A DNA stretch of 64,000 bases. Origin: Kondoa subrosea (lineage: Eukaryota). The notes beneath the pieces are model-generated. The model had not been told where the DNA came from, did not search any database, and saw only the letters and a program-made list of their open reading frames with translations. Positions 14,950 to 29,750 of this stretch are shown here, piece after piece. The position numbers were made by a program, and so were the translations under genes. The DNA is taken from positions 1-64,000 of the forward strand of contig BCIN01000004.1 in the NCBI GenBank assembly GCA_039545335.1, written 5' to 3'. Position 1 is the stretch's first letter; each line of letters begins with the position of its first letter.

Positions 14950-15750
14950 AAGATAGGCATCTGACTGTCTCGGCTTCCAGCTATTTCACATAAGAACATG
15001 CCATTTACATACATACGCAGTAGTCCCTAAATCCAGCCTGACTATGCAGTAATTGGTAATTCGATTTTCTCATGAAGTTGAGACTTGATTAACAATGATC
15101 AGCTCCTTCATACCCTTGCTTGTTTCTAATTGCAAAATTGCCGGGATGCTCCGTGAGCAAGTGTTGAAGTTCACTGAATCCATGCTCAGAAATGAGCAGA
15201 GGAACTTTTCAAATAGCCCCTTTCTCGCCATGGTTTGTGATCACTGATCAACAAATTAGAAGATTCACAGCGGATACTGTTTAGCAAGATAATTCAACCT
15301 GCGAGCTACGATCAATGCATGCTTGGTCGATAGCATGATGGACGAAACGGGTATATGAGAGTCCAGATGTGCGACTGAAGGAAGACCAAAGTGACCAGAA
15401 GTTGGATTTCATAACCATACATACTTGCACACACTCAGGACATTTGTAAAGCTTTAGTATGCAACCGCTCGCGCGTCCGACGCTGAAGGGCTTGGACAAT
15501 AACGGCTTGAAAGGGAAGTCCCAATTCCGCTGATCCACCGAAGATACATGCTTCCAAAATTTTGCAAATTTTTGTAAGTTTGCCGTTGGCGAAATAACTT
15601 ACGAACTTTGCGGTGAAACAGTGTAATAACGATTCCGCTATCTTCACTTCCGCCCCTCAACTCTGTCAGGGGACAACATCACTAGGTCTGGCGAAGGAGA
15701 CTTCCCGCATGGCCAACACCATAAACCGAACCCTAGTTTCAATTGTTTGA

Positions 15751-16950
15751 ATGGCCGAACGCAGAGGCGATTCGTCTCTACATCAAACGTCTCGCCCCAG
15801 CCTGACATCCAGTACTCTACTATCTTCTAGTAAACGGCAATTGAATGGTCGGCTGCTCCTGAAGAATCTGCAAATCTCATCTGGCCCGGATGTATCAGCA
15901 AACTCTCAAGTATGGTTGCAGCAGCTGCTGGAAGGCTTCAACTTGATTTTTCACGGCGTTGGATCAAAACGTCGACTTCTGAACGCATTCGGTCGACATG
16001 TACTGGTCACTTATGGGCAAGTAGCGATTCTCAACGGCTTTTTGCCAACAGCATCAATAGCCGACTTATTACAGCTGATTGAAGGCCCGAATGGTGCAAG
16101 CGAAGAGTACAGTTCAGGCATGGTCGGGCGTAATATAAATTTTGCAACACAGCAGGAGCCTGACAGAACTACACAAGGAATTTCCACCTCCCAAAAGCTG
16201 TTCTTTCTGCTAATACACAATATCGACGAGTTGTTCTCGCGGTCTGTCCGACATCGAGACATACTCTTCGGGCTGGCTCAGCAACCTTCTGTTCGCATTT
16301 TGGCCTCTACAGATCACGTGCACGCTACTCTTCTCCTTCCCAAAGCCCTTCACAGGCATGTTCCCAATCAAGCATCCATTGCAAAGCGCAGTATGCCAGC
16401 GAGTGTCAATTGGCTGTATCATCATATAGCATCTCCAGACTCAGCCAAAGATGAGACCACTCTAGCAAGTCTTCCCGGCATTCTGTTCCCTGTTACGGTC
16501 TATCAAGCTTATCAGCCTGAAGAGACTAAAAAGCCCGCCAGGAGCTCTTTTCAAGCAACATTGTCTGTTTTGGCAAGCATGAATCGGAATGCGAAGACTT
16601 TGTTTGCCATCTTGGCCAAATCGCATCTGGGCGATGCTGGATCGACATTCACATCTGCACAAAGCGGGACTTCAGTACCACTCCACGCTCTAGCATACTC
16701 TTCGCTATATGGCAAGTGTCGTGAAGCGTTTATAGCGAATACATTTACGCAGTTCAATACCCTGTTGGCAGAATTCCGAGACCACAACATCATTCTGTCT
16801 AGTATCGACTCACTCTCAGCCATCTCAATAGTGCATACTGTTCAAGACGGTTGGTCGGAAACAGCTCGGTTGTGGATCAATCTGGACAAATCAGACCTGG
16901 TGAAACTATTGGCAGAGATTGAAACGGAGGACGGTGTGCAAAACATCTGA
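15751..16950 (+). CDS. ORC2: Origin recognition complex subunit 2, intronless, core domain only
   Basis: GFNLIFHGVGSKRRLL, LIHNID, ILASTDHVHA and LLAEFRDHNII. Confidence 0.88.
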   Translation: MAERRGDSSLHQTSRPSLTSSTLLSSSKRQLNGRLLLKNLQISSGPDVSANSQVWLQQLLEGFNLIFHGVGSKRRLLNAFGRHVLVTYGQVAILNGFLPTASIADLLQLIEGPNGASEEYSSGMVGRNINFATQQEPDRTTQGISTSQKLFFLLIHNIDELFSRSVRHRDILFGLAQQPSVRILASTDHVHATLLLPKALHRHVPNQASIAKRSMPASVNWLYHHIASPDSAKDETTLASLPGILFPVTVYQAYQPEETKKPARSSFQATLSVLASMNRNAKTLFAILAKSHLGDAGSTFTSAQSGTSVPLHALAYSSLYGKCREAFIANTFTQFNTLLAEFRDHNIILSSIDSLSAISIVHTVQDGWSETARLWINLDKSDLVKLLAEIETEDGVQNI

Positions 16951-17010
16951 AGTGACTGCACGTATGTTTTTTCATCATACCAGCAATACCATTTAATAGA
17001 TGAGCGTAGG

Positions 17011-17723
17011 CTACGCGTCACCAGCCAACTCTTCCACCCAGATTTCGTATTTCAGCCCTTCTGCTGTTGCCCCTGGCACCCGTAGCATTGTTTGCACTTC
17101 AGCAGATGGTAAAGGGTGTCCGCCGTTGTTCTGCATTGCGTGAGTGAATGCATCGGTGCTGATTTGGCCAGAATCGTTGATTTTCAAACTGACAGTTCAA
17201 ACGTGAGAATTGCGCTGCTAGAGTAGACAACGAAATGACTAATTGAAAGCTGTTTTGACTTCTTCGGCAGTGTCATCCTCGAATAGAGCTGCAAACCGCG
17301 AAAAGGGATTCCGAAAATTAGAAAATGCAAGTTCTTTGTTGCTACAGGCCGTACCAACCATCGTGTACATGAATTTGTCACGGGATATGTTGGCCATACT
17401 GTAAACGCTATTGATTACTCGATATTGATTTATAGCGTCCCCAAACTTACCTCTCGTCGAATACTCGCTTGATTTTGTCACAATCCTCTTTCTTTGCACC
17501 GAGAGATCTGGCAGCTATCGCCATATCGGCAGAGGAAATCTGACCCGAGCCTCTGTCGAACAATACAAACGCCTCCTCGATCTCTTTCCGCTTCAGGCAG
17601 AGCGAAACGTCAGCTTTTGCTACTTTCGAGAAGTACCAAACTTGCCTGGCTGTCGGTCTGGCTCTGCATTGGTCAGTTCTACGGCAGCGATTTTGGGGCA
17701 TCGCTGCTAACCAATGGAGGCAT
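17011..17723 (-). CDS. Divergent EF-hand protein (calmodulin, centrin or myosin light chain-like), spliced
   Basis: EIEEAFVLFDRGSGQISSADMAIAARSLG, EEVKTAF and NDSGQISTDAFTHAMQ. Boundaries inferred from GT-AG sites. Confidence 0.7.
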
Positions 17724-19955
17724 AATAGCAGTTGAATGTACTATCAAGCAGTCACTGCGGGGTCAGGAGTACTTCAATTTTCACTCGGAGACGCAATGTC
17801 TTTGGAGAAGAGGCTGTCGCGCGGCGAATGATTTCCGAGACGAAGTTACGCGTTTCGGCTTTCGGTGTTCGGGCGACTTGCGTCCTCTGTCGACCCTTTC
17901 CCTATGTCACCACATACTAGCGAACTTGGACGTGGGACACGCAGCAAGCTGTGGCGGGCTTGAGAAGCTAGGCTTTCGGGACAACACTTGAGGCCATTGG
18001 GAATGGCTCAATTTCCTCGGTCAGTCAACAGCTCAGGCTTAAGGTATACATGCGACCTGGCAACGAAGTCCGCGATCAAGGTAGCTGTAGCAATGCACCG
18101 TAAAGTCTCATCTTGCCGGATAGTCCTTCGTGAAAATGAGGTCAGCACACCAATACGGTTTAGATATTGCTGCCGGAACCTTTCCTGCTGAGGTAGCCTT
18201 CTTTTTCTGCCGATGGTTAGCAGATCGAGCAAACGGGATCCACCCGAAGTATACGTGATCGGGTTGATTACAACATCATCACTACATCATCCCTTCTGTT
18301 CATGGCAAACCATCCAGTATCGCTTCATGAGCCAGACGCAGCCTAAGTAACACCTCTGAGTGAAGCAATCCCAAAGGACCATCAAGGATTTGACGTTCGT
18401 TCAGTGCAACAAGCCATTGCCAAACAACTTGAGGTCAGGTGCTCGAAGCTCGGGCGAGAGTGATTTCTTGGTTGTGGTGCATATGTAAGGAAGCAGCCGC
18501 AGTGCACATAAGTTGATAGAGGCGGTCTGTTGTAGGATGTAATGCATGCGGTTCGAGATCTCTTCCTGCAAAACATATGCGATCGATGCACCTGGATCAA
18601 AGACGGCACACAAGTATACTTCCGATTGAACAATGATTCGAACAGCTGAGACACGACCTCCTAAGGGTTGGTTTGTGGAATAGCACTCTCGATTGCGAGA
18701 AAACGGAATCCCGTACTCGACAGAGCATTGTCAATTTGCGTAGGTGATTTTAGGCCCCGTCCGAAGAATAGAGATTTGGGTGTTCAGGTCACACAACATA
18801 CTATTAATCGACATTGCTGCGTTATCGTGACGAATGAAACGAAGGCCCTGGGCTGCAGCAACGAGAACAATAGAATAGTTGACACGAGGAGGGAAGGAAA
18901 CCGATTCTATTCTTTGACCAAGCTAGCGAAATGTCTGGCGTTGTTGGACCGCAAACGGAGTTTCGCTCCGAGCGAAGAGAAAGGCAGACGCACAAGTACC
19001 CGTCGGATAACCGTCTCAAACCAACAAGGACGATAGCCCTCTCAGTGCTTCCGAAAGGTTGACTTTCCAGATGAAGATACTAGTCCGGAAAGACACTTTA
19101 ACGCCAACAGGAGGCATATTCGAGAGACCTGTGATCATGCATAATTTTTTTGGTATGCAAAAGTCATGCAACCGAGATACTGGAGGAGAATTTATTTTGC
19201 GCACAGGCAAAACTATCCAGGAACGTAAGCGAAGCGAACAAGCGCTTCTTCATAGATGCGTTATACAGTCCGCTTTTTCATGCTGGTCGGTCACGAGCCA
19301 CATCAAAATTACTTTCAACATTTGGTCTCCATCGCATCTCACAGAGGCGACATGTATATGACAACGAATACTTGAGCGCAGATTGGCTTTGATTTTGGGT
19401 CAGCAGTGCACACAGAGAGAGTGACGAGAAGCGTGGAATGGCAATGTAACATTGAAGGCGAGCAGACTAGTAGACATGCAGAGCTGCACACTGTGAAGGT
19501 GCGGTTGGAACCAAGAGGAATTCAACTTGTCGAGGACTTTAGCTTAAAGTTCCGTTAAAGCTTCGACTGTGTGCGTAAAGGCAACAGACTCGTGGGATCT
19601 CCCGCTGCATGCGGCGAGCTTCTAGCAGAAAGAAAAACGCCCCTTCACAAGAGAAGCTGCCCGGGCAATCGGCAGGTTCCGAATGAAGTCGCTACTCCTG
19701 TTCCCTTCTCTCTTCTCTCCTACCTGCCCGGACCACTTCAACGACTGTAAGTTTCTCGTCTTGATGGACACATCTCGGATACCTATGAACGTCTCTGCTG
19801 GCTCTCACTTCGCGTTACCTTTCGTGTGCCAGGGCCGCTTGTTTTGCGGCCGGTGCCAGCTGCCAGCCATAGCGTAGAACGCTTCGTTGATTCATTGCGG
19901 GCGCAGGACACAAGCAAGATTTTCACATTACGCTCAGCAATCCAAGCACAGTAAC

Positions 19956-20843
<888 letters not shown>

Positions 20844-20993
20844 AAGCCGTGGCATGGTGTTGTTGGCTTCGAACATGGTATTAATGCAGCCTTTCTTCAC
20901 CTTTGTAGTATTTGTTTGTGTATCATATTTCATCTACCGCGAGACTTCATCTATCGTATCATCTCTCTCGTACATAGTGATCTCCGTCCGACC

Positions 20994-22464
20994 CTACCAC
21001 GACGCTATATCAGCATCACTGCCCATTTCGCCAAAAACAGTAGGTCTCCTCATGCGAGAAGCACTCGTATCGGCTGTGGTATTTGCAAATTTTGTACCAC
21101 GATTGTCGTATAGATGAGGAAGTCGCTCTTGCAGGTGATGATGGAGAATTGTATTGAGTCGGGTGAATTCAAGCAGAAATCCATCATGCCCTTCGGGGCT
21201 TTCCAGAATTTCCAGGCGAGATTTTGGAACGTGCATAGCAATTTCCTGCTGCTCTGAGATAGTGAACAATCCGTCAGAAGAGATAGCAACGAAAAGTGCT
21301 GCTTCGGGTAGAGATGCTAGAATTTCGGGCCAAGGGAGACGGCCACGGGAAAGATCATGTGTGTCCATCTTGCGAGTGATTGAGACATAACAATTGGCGT
21401 CAAATCGCGAGACAAATTTATTGCCTTGGTACCGTAGGTAAGACTGGGCCGAAAAAATGATCGGTGTCTCAATGGCTCGTGAGGGAGCTGCTCTACCAAA
21501 GGTTTGTCCTTCATATGAAAGCACGAATGAGACATGCGTACGTTGTAGGCCTTTAGCTTGTTCCTGGGTCAACGCATTTGCGGATGCAATGCCTTCTTGC
21601 ACATGTTCTTTGCGTCCGAATCGGCTTTGAAAACTGTCCCTTGTCCGATATGTGAGTAAAGCTGCCATTCTGGCTGCTGCGAGACCGGCAACTGGTGGAT
21701 CGTCCAGAGTATAATAGCCATTGTTGTACTTTGGGTCAGAGTATATTGATTGCCGCTGAGCTTCTCCCCATGATATACCCCACGCAGAGTGACGCCCTGA
21801 CGTTGCGATAGGAATAATGTTCTTCACGAAGCCTGCCGGAGTCGATAGTGGCCATTCCAGAACAGCCATTCCACCCATTGAGCCACCAATCACGGCTGCG
21901 ACTTCCTTGACTCCCAGCTTTTCGAGCACAAGCTTCTGCAAGCGAACATCATCTCGTATCGTCGTAGCCGGAAATTCTGGCCCCCACTGTATGTTCTTGT
22001 CTGGCCTGTCTGGGCGCTTGCTTACGGGCGAAGATGAGCCATACGGAGAGCCTAAAACGTTCGCGCAGAAGATGAAATATCGGGTCGGATCGAAGGCCTG
22101 CCCTGGTCCCAGCAGCGGGCCCCACCTTTGGCATGTTAGCTGTAGAAGCAATATCTCGCTAAAGATGACTCACCAATCTTCCACATCGCTACTGCCCGTC
22201 AAAGCGTGACAGATGACCATAGCATTACTACCTTGCTGATTCAAGCGTCCCCATGTCTTATACGCGAGTTCACAATCCTCCAGCACCGCGCCAGAATCCA
22301 GCTTGAAAGATGAAATCACGGCAATGAGTTGATTAGGCAGCAGAGATAGATATGGGTTGCACGTAGACGATGGACAGTTTGTAGGCGTGTGCATATTCAC
22401 ACCTAGAAAGTGCAGGTGAACTCTTTGCATCCTTTCTTAGCTCAGACTTACGAAGGTCGCCCAT
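20994..22464 (-). CDS. MET2: Homoserine O-acetyltransferase
   Basis: CHALTGSSDVEDW, GGSMGGM nucleophile elbow, RFDANCY and EGHDGFLLE. Confidence 0.93.
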
Positions 22465-22659
22465 GCTGAACCAGGTATGCAAAAGCGTGAAGTGAGACGT
22501 AATATCCAATTGTGAATGAAGGATTGGACAGTGATGGTTGTCTGTGCAAAGGGGAAAAAAAGCTAATATAATGCATTATTTGAGTCGAAAGCGAATGTTT
22601 GTGATTTTGATAAACAACAAGCTTTTATGTGGCCAGGCGGATGTGATGCTTTATTTGCT

Positions 22660-23633
22660 CTACACAGCTTGAAGGATCTTTCCCGACATAGCTTTGAGTT
22701 CAATCTCGCCAGCTCGCAGTGAATCACATTTCGATGGTAGCGCAAAGCCAGATCCACTCCTGATTCCTTTCTTGACACTGTCCCGTACCTTGACACAAGT
22801 GCCATCGGCTCCTGGTATGCATCCTTTCACATAAAGCAAATTTTGCTTATTATCGACACGTAGCAACAGCAGATTCTGAACAGTAGCCAAAGTATGGCCC
22901 ATACGACCCGCCATGAGTTTGCCTGGAAATACGCGACCAGGATCTTGATGCTGGCCAGTGGACCCGTGAGATCGATGGGAAATTGATACACCGTGAGAGG
23001 CCCGTAAACCACTGAAACTGTGACGTTTCATGACGCCTGCAAAGCCCTTCCCGATGCTAAAATTGCGAAGTTCAGTCAGTGATGAGGAATGTTGCGAACG
23101 CCGCATGTACCTGCGAGCCTGAACATCCAAATATTGTCCGGGCGCAAAATAACCTGCCTGCAAGTAAGTACCTGCATGAAGCATTCATACATCACTCTAA
23201 CGAATCGAGTCCAGGCAGCAGTGGACGTACCCACTGGCAACATGTGATTTTCCGCTACTTTGAATTCGACTGTTCTTGCTTTGGGCGCGATTTGCGCTTT
23301 GCGAAAATGACCTGCGCGAGCAGCGCTTATCCGATGGGTACTTTGAGATTTACAGCCAACCTCCACCGCCAGATAGGGCCGTAGTCGATGCGAGACGATC
23401 TGAACTTGTTCCAACTGAAAAGGAGAGGTTCTTAAAAAGCAGTATTGAGCCCTGTCGCAATTGCAACGAACCTTCAGGACCGTACAAGGTATTCTGTTGC
23501 CGGTTGCGTCCCAGAGGCCTGTCATACCTTTTTTGATGGCCAACACACCAGCTCGCCCGACACAACTCTACGCTCGGCTTCAGCTAGCTCTACAAACGAT
23601 TACGAAGGATACGCCAACCTTATACAGACTCAT
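22660..23633 (-). CDS. MRPL9: Mitochondrial ribosomal protein uL3m
   Basis: [48 protein letters not shown] and [12 protein letters not shown]. Confidence 0.9.
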
Positions 23634-23793
23634 TGATCGAATATACGGGCCAAATAGTGGTAGTAGATAGCAGCCAGATGGATTCAGTTTTATGATGGGT
23701 AGAGCGAAGCAAAATATAGAAGCATAGACAGTAGACCAAAAACGTCTCCTTGCGCGACTGTTTTCGCTATGCGCTGGTTCCAGGGTAAGAATA

Positions 23794-24620
23794 ATGTCAC
23801 TGCAGTTTCAAGGTTTATTTCAGCTGCCACCACAGGGCTCCTTTAGTCGCTACATATCATACAGCTATCGACACGCTCAATCTGAGCCTGCTCGAATAAG
23901 GGCCGCAATGACATCTCCTGTGCGGTCTCCGTCGGTCTTTTGGGAATTGACGTTTCAACATTTGGCCGCCGTTTCCCTCAGGCTGGCATCTGTCAATCGT
24001 GCACGTCTTGAGACTCCTTGCGTGCTTGTCCTTGCGAGTAATCCGCAGGCAATTGAAAGAGCACTGGTCCAAAGTCTCCCTGCCGACCTAGGCCAGTACG
24101 GAATTGGGGACAAGCAAGAACTTCTTGACATGATCAGCATTAGGTACATTACCAATTACCTAATGGCTGCGTTAATGACTTGTCAGGCTGTGTCCGAGTT
24201 TGGCACACTTTGAGTATCTCATGCAAAACGAAAGGTTATTGTGTGATGACAACTCACTGCTGACATTGGTTGTTGGAGTTAATCTTTCAGAAGCGATGGA
24301 CGTCTGCAGCGAGGCACCGTAAGCTTGCTGCTCTTTTGTTGCCGCGTCATTTCATAAGCACTAGGACTCTATTTGACTACTTGAGCATAACTGCAGCTCT
24401 TGTGGCTTTCTGCCGTAATCTGCCCATGACGTAAGCCTTTTCTTTTCAGATGCAACTTCGCGAGGCAGGCTAATTACGCCCATAGTCGATCGCAACTAAT
24501 ATTGCTCGAAATTCCCACTGGATCCGCCTGCGACGGCCATGAAGAGCCAATGACCCGGAGAGTAGCGATGGTGCGCGCTGCTGACCATTTCATTGTCAAT
24601 CGGTTATGTACTCAAGCAAG
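23794..24620 (+). CDS. Hypothetical spliced protein, unassigned
   Basis: 139-codon ATG ORF followed by short GT..AG-bounded segments of typical intron size. No family recognised and the 3' end is approximate. Confidence 0.4.
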
Positions 24621-25897
24621 TGTGTAGTTCATAATTTTCAACCCCGTTTGATTGAGCCATGCGCAGCGATAACAGGTCTATCGCAACATCAATCTGTTTC
24701 TCTCAGACAATCCGGTACATCACCATCCGGCTGTTACTATCGACGCATCACTTCCAAGAGCTTCAGCTCAGAGGAGCTAGCTGTTGCCCAAAGCGCAACC
24801 TGGTCATGTCACGTACTACAATTTTGAAAGGTCTCACAAGTAATATCGATTAAGCTGAGCGATCCTGACCCGTTCCCGACAGCCGATTGGATTTTCCTTC
24901 ATCTGCACCTCCAACCAGCAAAATTAATACTACTCCGATCGGAAGGAAATATGGAGCATCTGGCATGGATGGATATTTTGAGCTTCGAAAGAGTGCGGCA
25001 GTAATGAAACTTCACATTTGACCAAGAGCGACTTTTCAGGGCTCGTTTCGGTACCACCAAGGTGAATAACCGCGCGGCTTGAGATTGGCGGGCTGTGTAC
25101 GGAATCAGACCCCATTTAAGCAGCCGGATCACGTTTTAAGCAAAATAGTAGCAAAATATTCACCATGGAAGCCGATCAAATTGCTGTAGGCGGACGCTTA
25201 CATTGCCCAGAACAGGCATAGCCACTTTTGCGTCTACTTGAGAAATAGGCATCTTCGGCAAGCTGTTCGCAAGTAGTACATAAGATAGACCGACTGTAAG
25301 ATAGACCGACTGTATGCTTCAACTAGGAGTGCAAAAGTGCAGCTTTGACTGACTGGCTTCCTTATGTTGGCCAATTGCTACATTCAAGCTTCCTGATGGT
25401 GAGCCGGAATACTTAGGTAGAGCAGTCAGTGCCCTGCTACAAGATCCGCACAAAGGGCTGACCCAGGGGAACATAGTGATCAGGCAAGACGACGGATCGA
25501 AAGACTGAGCTGTACAGTTGGATGCATAGTGCCAACGCGCAACAAGAGGGTGCATGTGTTTCAGCGGTAACACATCTTGAAATTGAATTGCACTGTGAAA
25601 GGATTGCACTGTGTTTGGGTCGACGAACGACAGTGTAAAAGCGCTTGTGCAGACGATATTTGCTATATGAACCAGAAGGCTCGACCATTGCGCAATTCTC
25701 ATTATTGCGGAGGTTTCCAAACAAACCTGGAAAATATCATAAAGAACCCGGAATTCAGGAGGTCGCGCAGTGTACGTGAGAGTCAAGACTAGTTGATTCC
25801 ATGATCCCAATTGCTACACCGCGGGGACGAATATGTAACGGGGTTCTCTGTATCCGTGCAAGTCAACAGTTGGTGAGACAGGCATCGCTCATACACC

Positions 25898-28814
25898 CTA
25901 TGCTTGTGTCCCTGTCGCAGGAGTCGATATAGCGAGCCTTGGGTTCTCGCAACGGATCCCCATTGCAGTAGAAGCTTTCCTTTGACCGGAGCTCAGTTGT
26001 GGCTCGCGCTCTGCCGAAGGTCGCAGCAACTTACAAGCCTTGTCCTTGAACACTCCTGTTGAGTCTTTTGAGTCTTTGGCCGCCTTGCGAGCAAGCAGTT
26101 TTCCGATCCATTCTTTGGCGAAATGTCGAATCTTTCTCTCTTTTTCCATAGATAGGCTGTCGTATTCTGCATCCGCAAACGCAACAGACTTAGTCTCCTT
26201 GTCGACTAGCAACATGGTAAGCTAAAGCAAAACATCAGACCACTGCAGCTTCGTGTGAATGGCCGTACTTCTTGTGCCCGCCGCTTAAACTCGTCTTTGT
26301 TCAACTGATCTCTGGCATACTTTGTCATTGCCTTCACGACAAGAGGTGAGAATAACCTCATAGCCTTCTTCTCTTTGGACATGGGCAACTTCTCTTTCTT
26401 CGTTCGATTCACGACCTCACTCTGTGGTTTTGATCTCTCATGCTCTAAAATTGAATTGGCTGCATTTGTTTTCGAAAGACCTAGCGCCTCTGCTTCGGCT
26501 GAGGCCCTGGCGATTATGTCTTCGAGATCTAATCCTGGTTTGCGGAGCTTTGCAAGATAAGCTTGATGAATTGCTTCAGCTTCCTTCTGGGATGGCGGCG
26601 TCCAGGTCGTGGTCCCGGTACCAATATGATAGTAGTAACGAGCGCCGTGTGCCGTTTCCGCAGATTGCCATCCCTCGTAGATCGAGATTTCGCTCGCAGC
26701 TGCAGTTCTAGTCGGAGCCGCAGCAGCATAATTCGCGTTCGGAGATCTATGATAGTCATCCAACTTTGCTCTTTTGATCGAAAAGACAGGCGCTAAAGCA
26801 TCGGATCCATGTTTGCGTCCGTCGCTACCGAGTAAATTCTGTCGAAAGAAAATTGAGCACACGAGTAGCACGTTTCAGGGTACATAGAAGACCGACCTGC
26901 ACGTCGCACGGAATCCAATAAGCCAGACGGAGCTCGCTCCAATCTGCAATAAGTGCTCTGGCTAAGTCCTTCGTTTCGGTCTCGAATGGACCTTGCATAA
27001 TGCGCGCAACGATTGAATCTACAGATGTGCGTGATATCTTATTACAACTGATCAGCGGCCATTTTCGCATAATTTGTAGCACGGAAGCAACAACTTCGTT
27101 TGGATCGTCCATGTATTCTTCCAATAACATACTCATCAAACTGAAACCACGCAAACGCATAAGTTGACTATGCACTGTTGTGTCGATTGTGATGAGCAGC
27201 CGCATAAGTAGCTTAAGGAGGATGCGCTTTGTCGATGCCGGCTGACGCACGGCTGCAATGACTTTTGGTACTTCTTCCAATTGAATTGGTCGCATAACAG
27301 GCTAAAAGATTTGAGACACATGCATGCAGATCAGCCAGACTATTACTCACATTAAAGTCGTTATCATCAAGACTTCGGCTTTTCTTGCGCTTATTGCCTC
27401 AGAGCTCTAGCAGTTTCACTTCGTCCGTGATTCCCAATGCTATTCAGCTCCTTAGCAGAGCGAGCTGTCACTGAGTGAACACTAACCGTCAAGGTACGAA
27501 TTATCGAGAAAACCAACATCGGTCTGAGTCTTGCCGCCAATGAAGCCGACACAATTTGACTCTCCACAGTAGCATTCTTGCACATCGTGGCTTTGTTTGA
27601 CAACATGTCAGAGGCAGCGCGACTTGGGCAATATAATTCCTAGACATACCCATAGCGGTCAACGTTCTAATTGAAGGTCAGTTCTCTTCGCCGCGGTGGA
27701 TCTTGCGCTTAGTGAAGATGCCCATACGAAGTTTTCTGCCAACCACCCATTTCGCAACATAACAATTAGGATTACAAGAATGATTAAGAAAGCGACCCTT
27801 GCCGCCGCGTTTCGTTGCGTCAATGGACTGTCGAAGCTTCGGTTTAGCAAAATACGGTTCCTGATCAGGAGTTCCCACCTCATCCTTTTGTAAAGCCATG
27901 AAGTAGAAGTGGCGAATGCCCTCCTCGTAGTACTCAGTCATACGTTTGACATAGTTTTTGTGCCCAATGACTTCGCCAATATACTCATACACCAAAGTAT
28001 CGCTGTAATATATTCAATGAGTGAATATTTGATGGAAACGACTGATTGTGACCTACGCAGGTAAAGTCACTTCAGACATAACGCCGTAGCCTTTGCGAGG
28101 TGTTTGAACGATTCTTATGGGTGCGTATTGTTGCTGCTGGAGCCGTGCAACAGCGGCATTTCAAGTTCCGCACGCTTGAGAAGAATGCTGATACACTTAC
28201 CTTTGATTCTGACAATGTGTCTGACAGTTACATTCGTTCTGAAGGCATTCCACTTGAGTCAGCCGATTAATACAGCCGCTGTTTTAGCCGCAAGCAACAT
28301 TTGGACCAATTGTGATAGTTTAAGCCAATAACCAAGGGAACCGGCGTCGCAAGCTCATAGATTCAGTCGCATTGGAAGGAATCGTCTTTTTGCTTAGCTA
28401 GGCCAAGAAACTTGTTCTGGTAGGTGTTGAACTGTATTTCAATAAACTCACTCATTGCCTGAGCAGATCTCTTAGTCAAAACCCTGATCTGGGAAGTATA
28501 TAGCACACTTCTGTTCCCGCATCGGGAAGCTCCAGTATTGTTCGAACACCGGCCCACGACTTCATGTCATCTTCGGACGATTGCACTTCCTTTTGCACTT
28601 GATCTATTTTGTTTTGGGCGGTCTTTTGCTCTCTAGCACTATGGTCCTGACTTGTTCGTGGGCGAGTCAGAATGACACGTTGGGATCTTCTAGGTGCAGG
28701 TGTATTCGCTACTGCCTCATTAGTCTCTAAAACACCAGAAAAGGCATCTTCGGCAGCAGGCGTGCAGACCGGCAAGAGGGTAACACTTTGTGGTACATTA
28801 TAAGCCGCAGACAT
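25898..28814 (-). CDS. SET2: Histone H3K36 methyltransferase (AWS-SET-postSET, WW, SRI)
   Basis: [39 protein letters not shown] motif GWQSA..YYYH..TTWTPP and an SRI-like end ([13 protein letters not shown]). Confidence 0.93.
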
Positions 28815-29580
28815 GGTCGTTGGTTGACCCTAAATAACAAATATCGTCAATACTCGATGGTTTAGAATGGCGATACGAATTGAACGAACGGACATTCAAA
28901 TAATGATTTGCCCGTACTGTATCTCAGGCCGGCACAGATGTGTAATATCGGATCCAGTTGAAGTTTGGGATCAAATTCCAGATTGGCGCTAAGAGTTGTA
29001 GGGAGGCAGAGTGCAGACGCCTGAATGTTGCGCTGATGGTATCGCACAAGGTGGATCGCTACAGCAGATATTTCTTGTTGTTGTTGTCCTGTTCTCAGGC
29101 TGTAAAGCTCGTGATTTGGTCAGGTTCCAGTGGTGGTGGTCAAATGCATCGAAGCGATGTTTATGGATTCGCGAGTTTTCATGACTCATGAGTACATAAG
29201 GCTGCATAAGGCTCTGGGCCAGAGGGAAAGAATCGTTTCTGATTACCACAGCCTGAGCACTCTAGTAGCGATCAGACAAATGCCACCTACAGCCTGAGCT
29301 ATGTGGTTCTATGATGTGTCTTTTAGAATCATTCTTGTGTCAAGCTCGGATCTAGCATCTGATAGAGTACGTGGCTGACTTCCGTGACATGTTCCTGCAT
29401 TACACCGCATGCCATTCCCGTCCCATCATTCCGGGCAGGGATGTAATATTACAGAGATGAAGGTTCCACCCCAACTATCAATAGTAGCACTCTCAATAAC
29501 GCCAACCTGACCTCTTGAGCCTCCATTATATGTAGTTACATGTGCCTGTAGCGGGCTTGAGCTGACGAAAGCCCTCTATG

Positions 29581-29656
29581 TTCCTTTGTCAAAGTCTGTC
29601 ACGGTTTTGCCTTTTGATTTGTGCAACAAAAGGCCTATTGTCCGAAAATGTATAAG
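29581..29656 (+). promoter_or_regulatory. Pheromone gene promoter with HMG-box-like ACAAA/ACAAT sites and a TATA element
   Basis: TTCCTTTGTC (29581-29590), inverted pair GCCTTTTG (29609-29616) / CAAAAGGC (29627-29634), CCTATTGT (29634-29641) and TATAAG (29651-29656), about 100 bp upstream of the ATG. Confidence 0.5.
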
Positions 29657-29750
29657 GCTTGGGAATTCCTACCTTCTTGCTTGCTTTCATCCACATATTC
29701 TCACGCTTCACCTAACCGCCCCTTCACATTCCTTTTGAATTCGGCTGAAC

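Noticed and set aside
25281..25314. 16-bp tandem duplication TAAGATAGACCGACTG
   Set aside because: Only two copies in an unassigned region, most simply a slippage event.
24620..25890. 163-aa and shorter ORFs downstream of SET2
   Set aside because: No recognisable family or consistent exon chain, so I cannot support a gene call.
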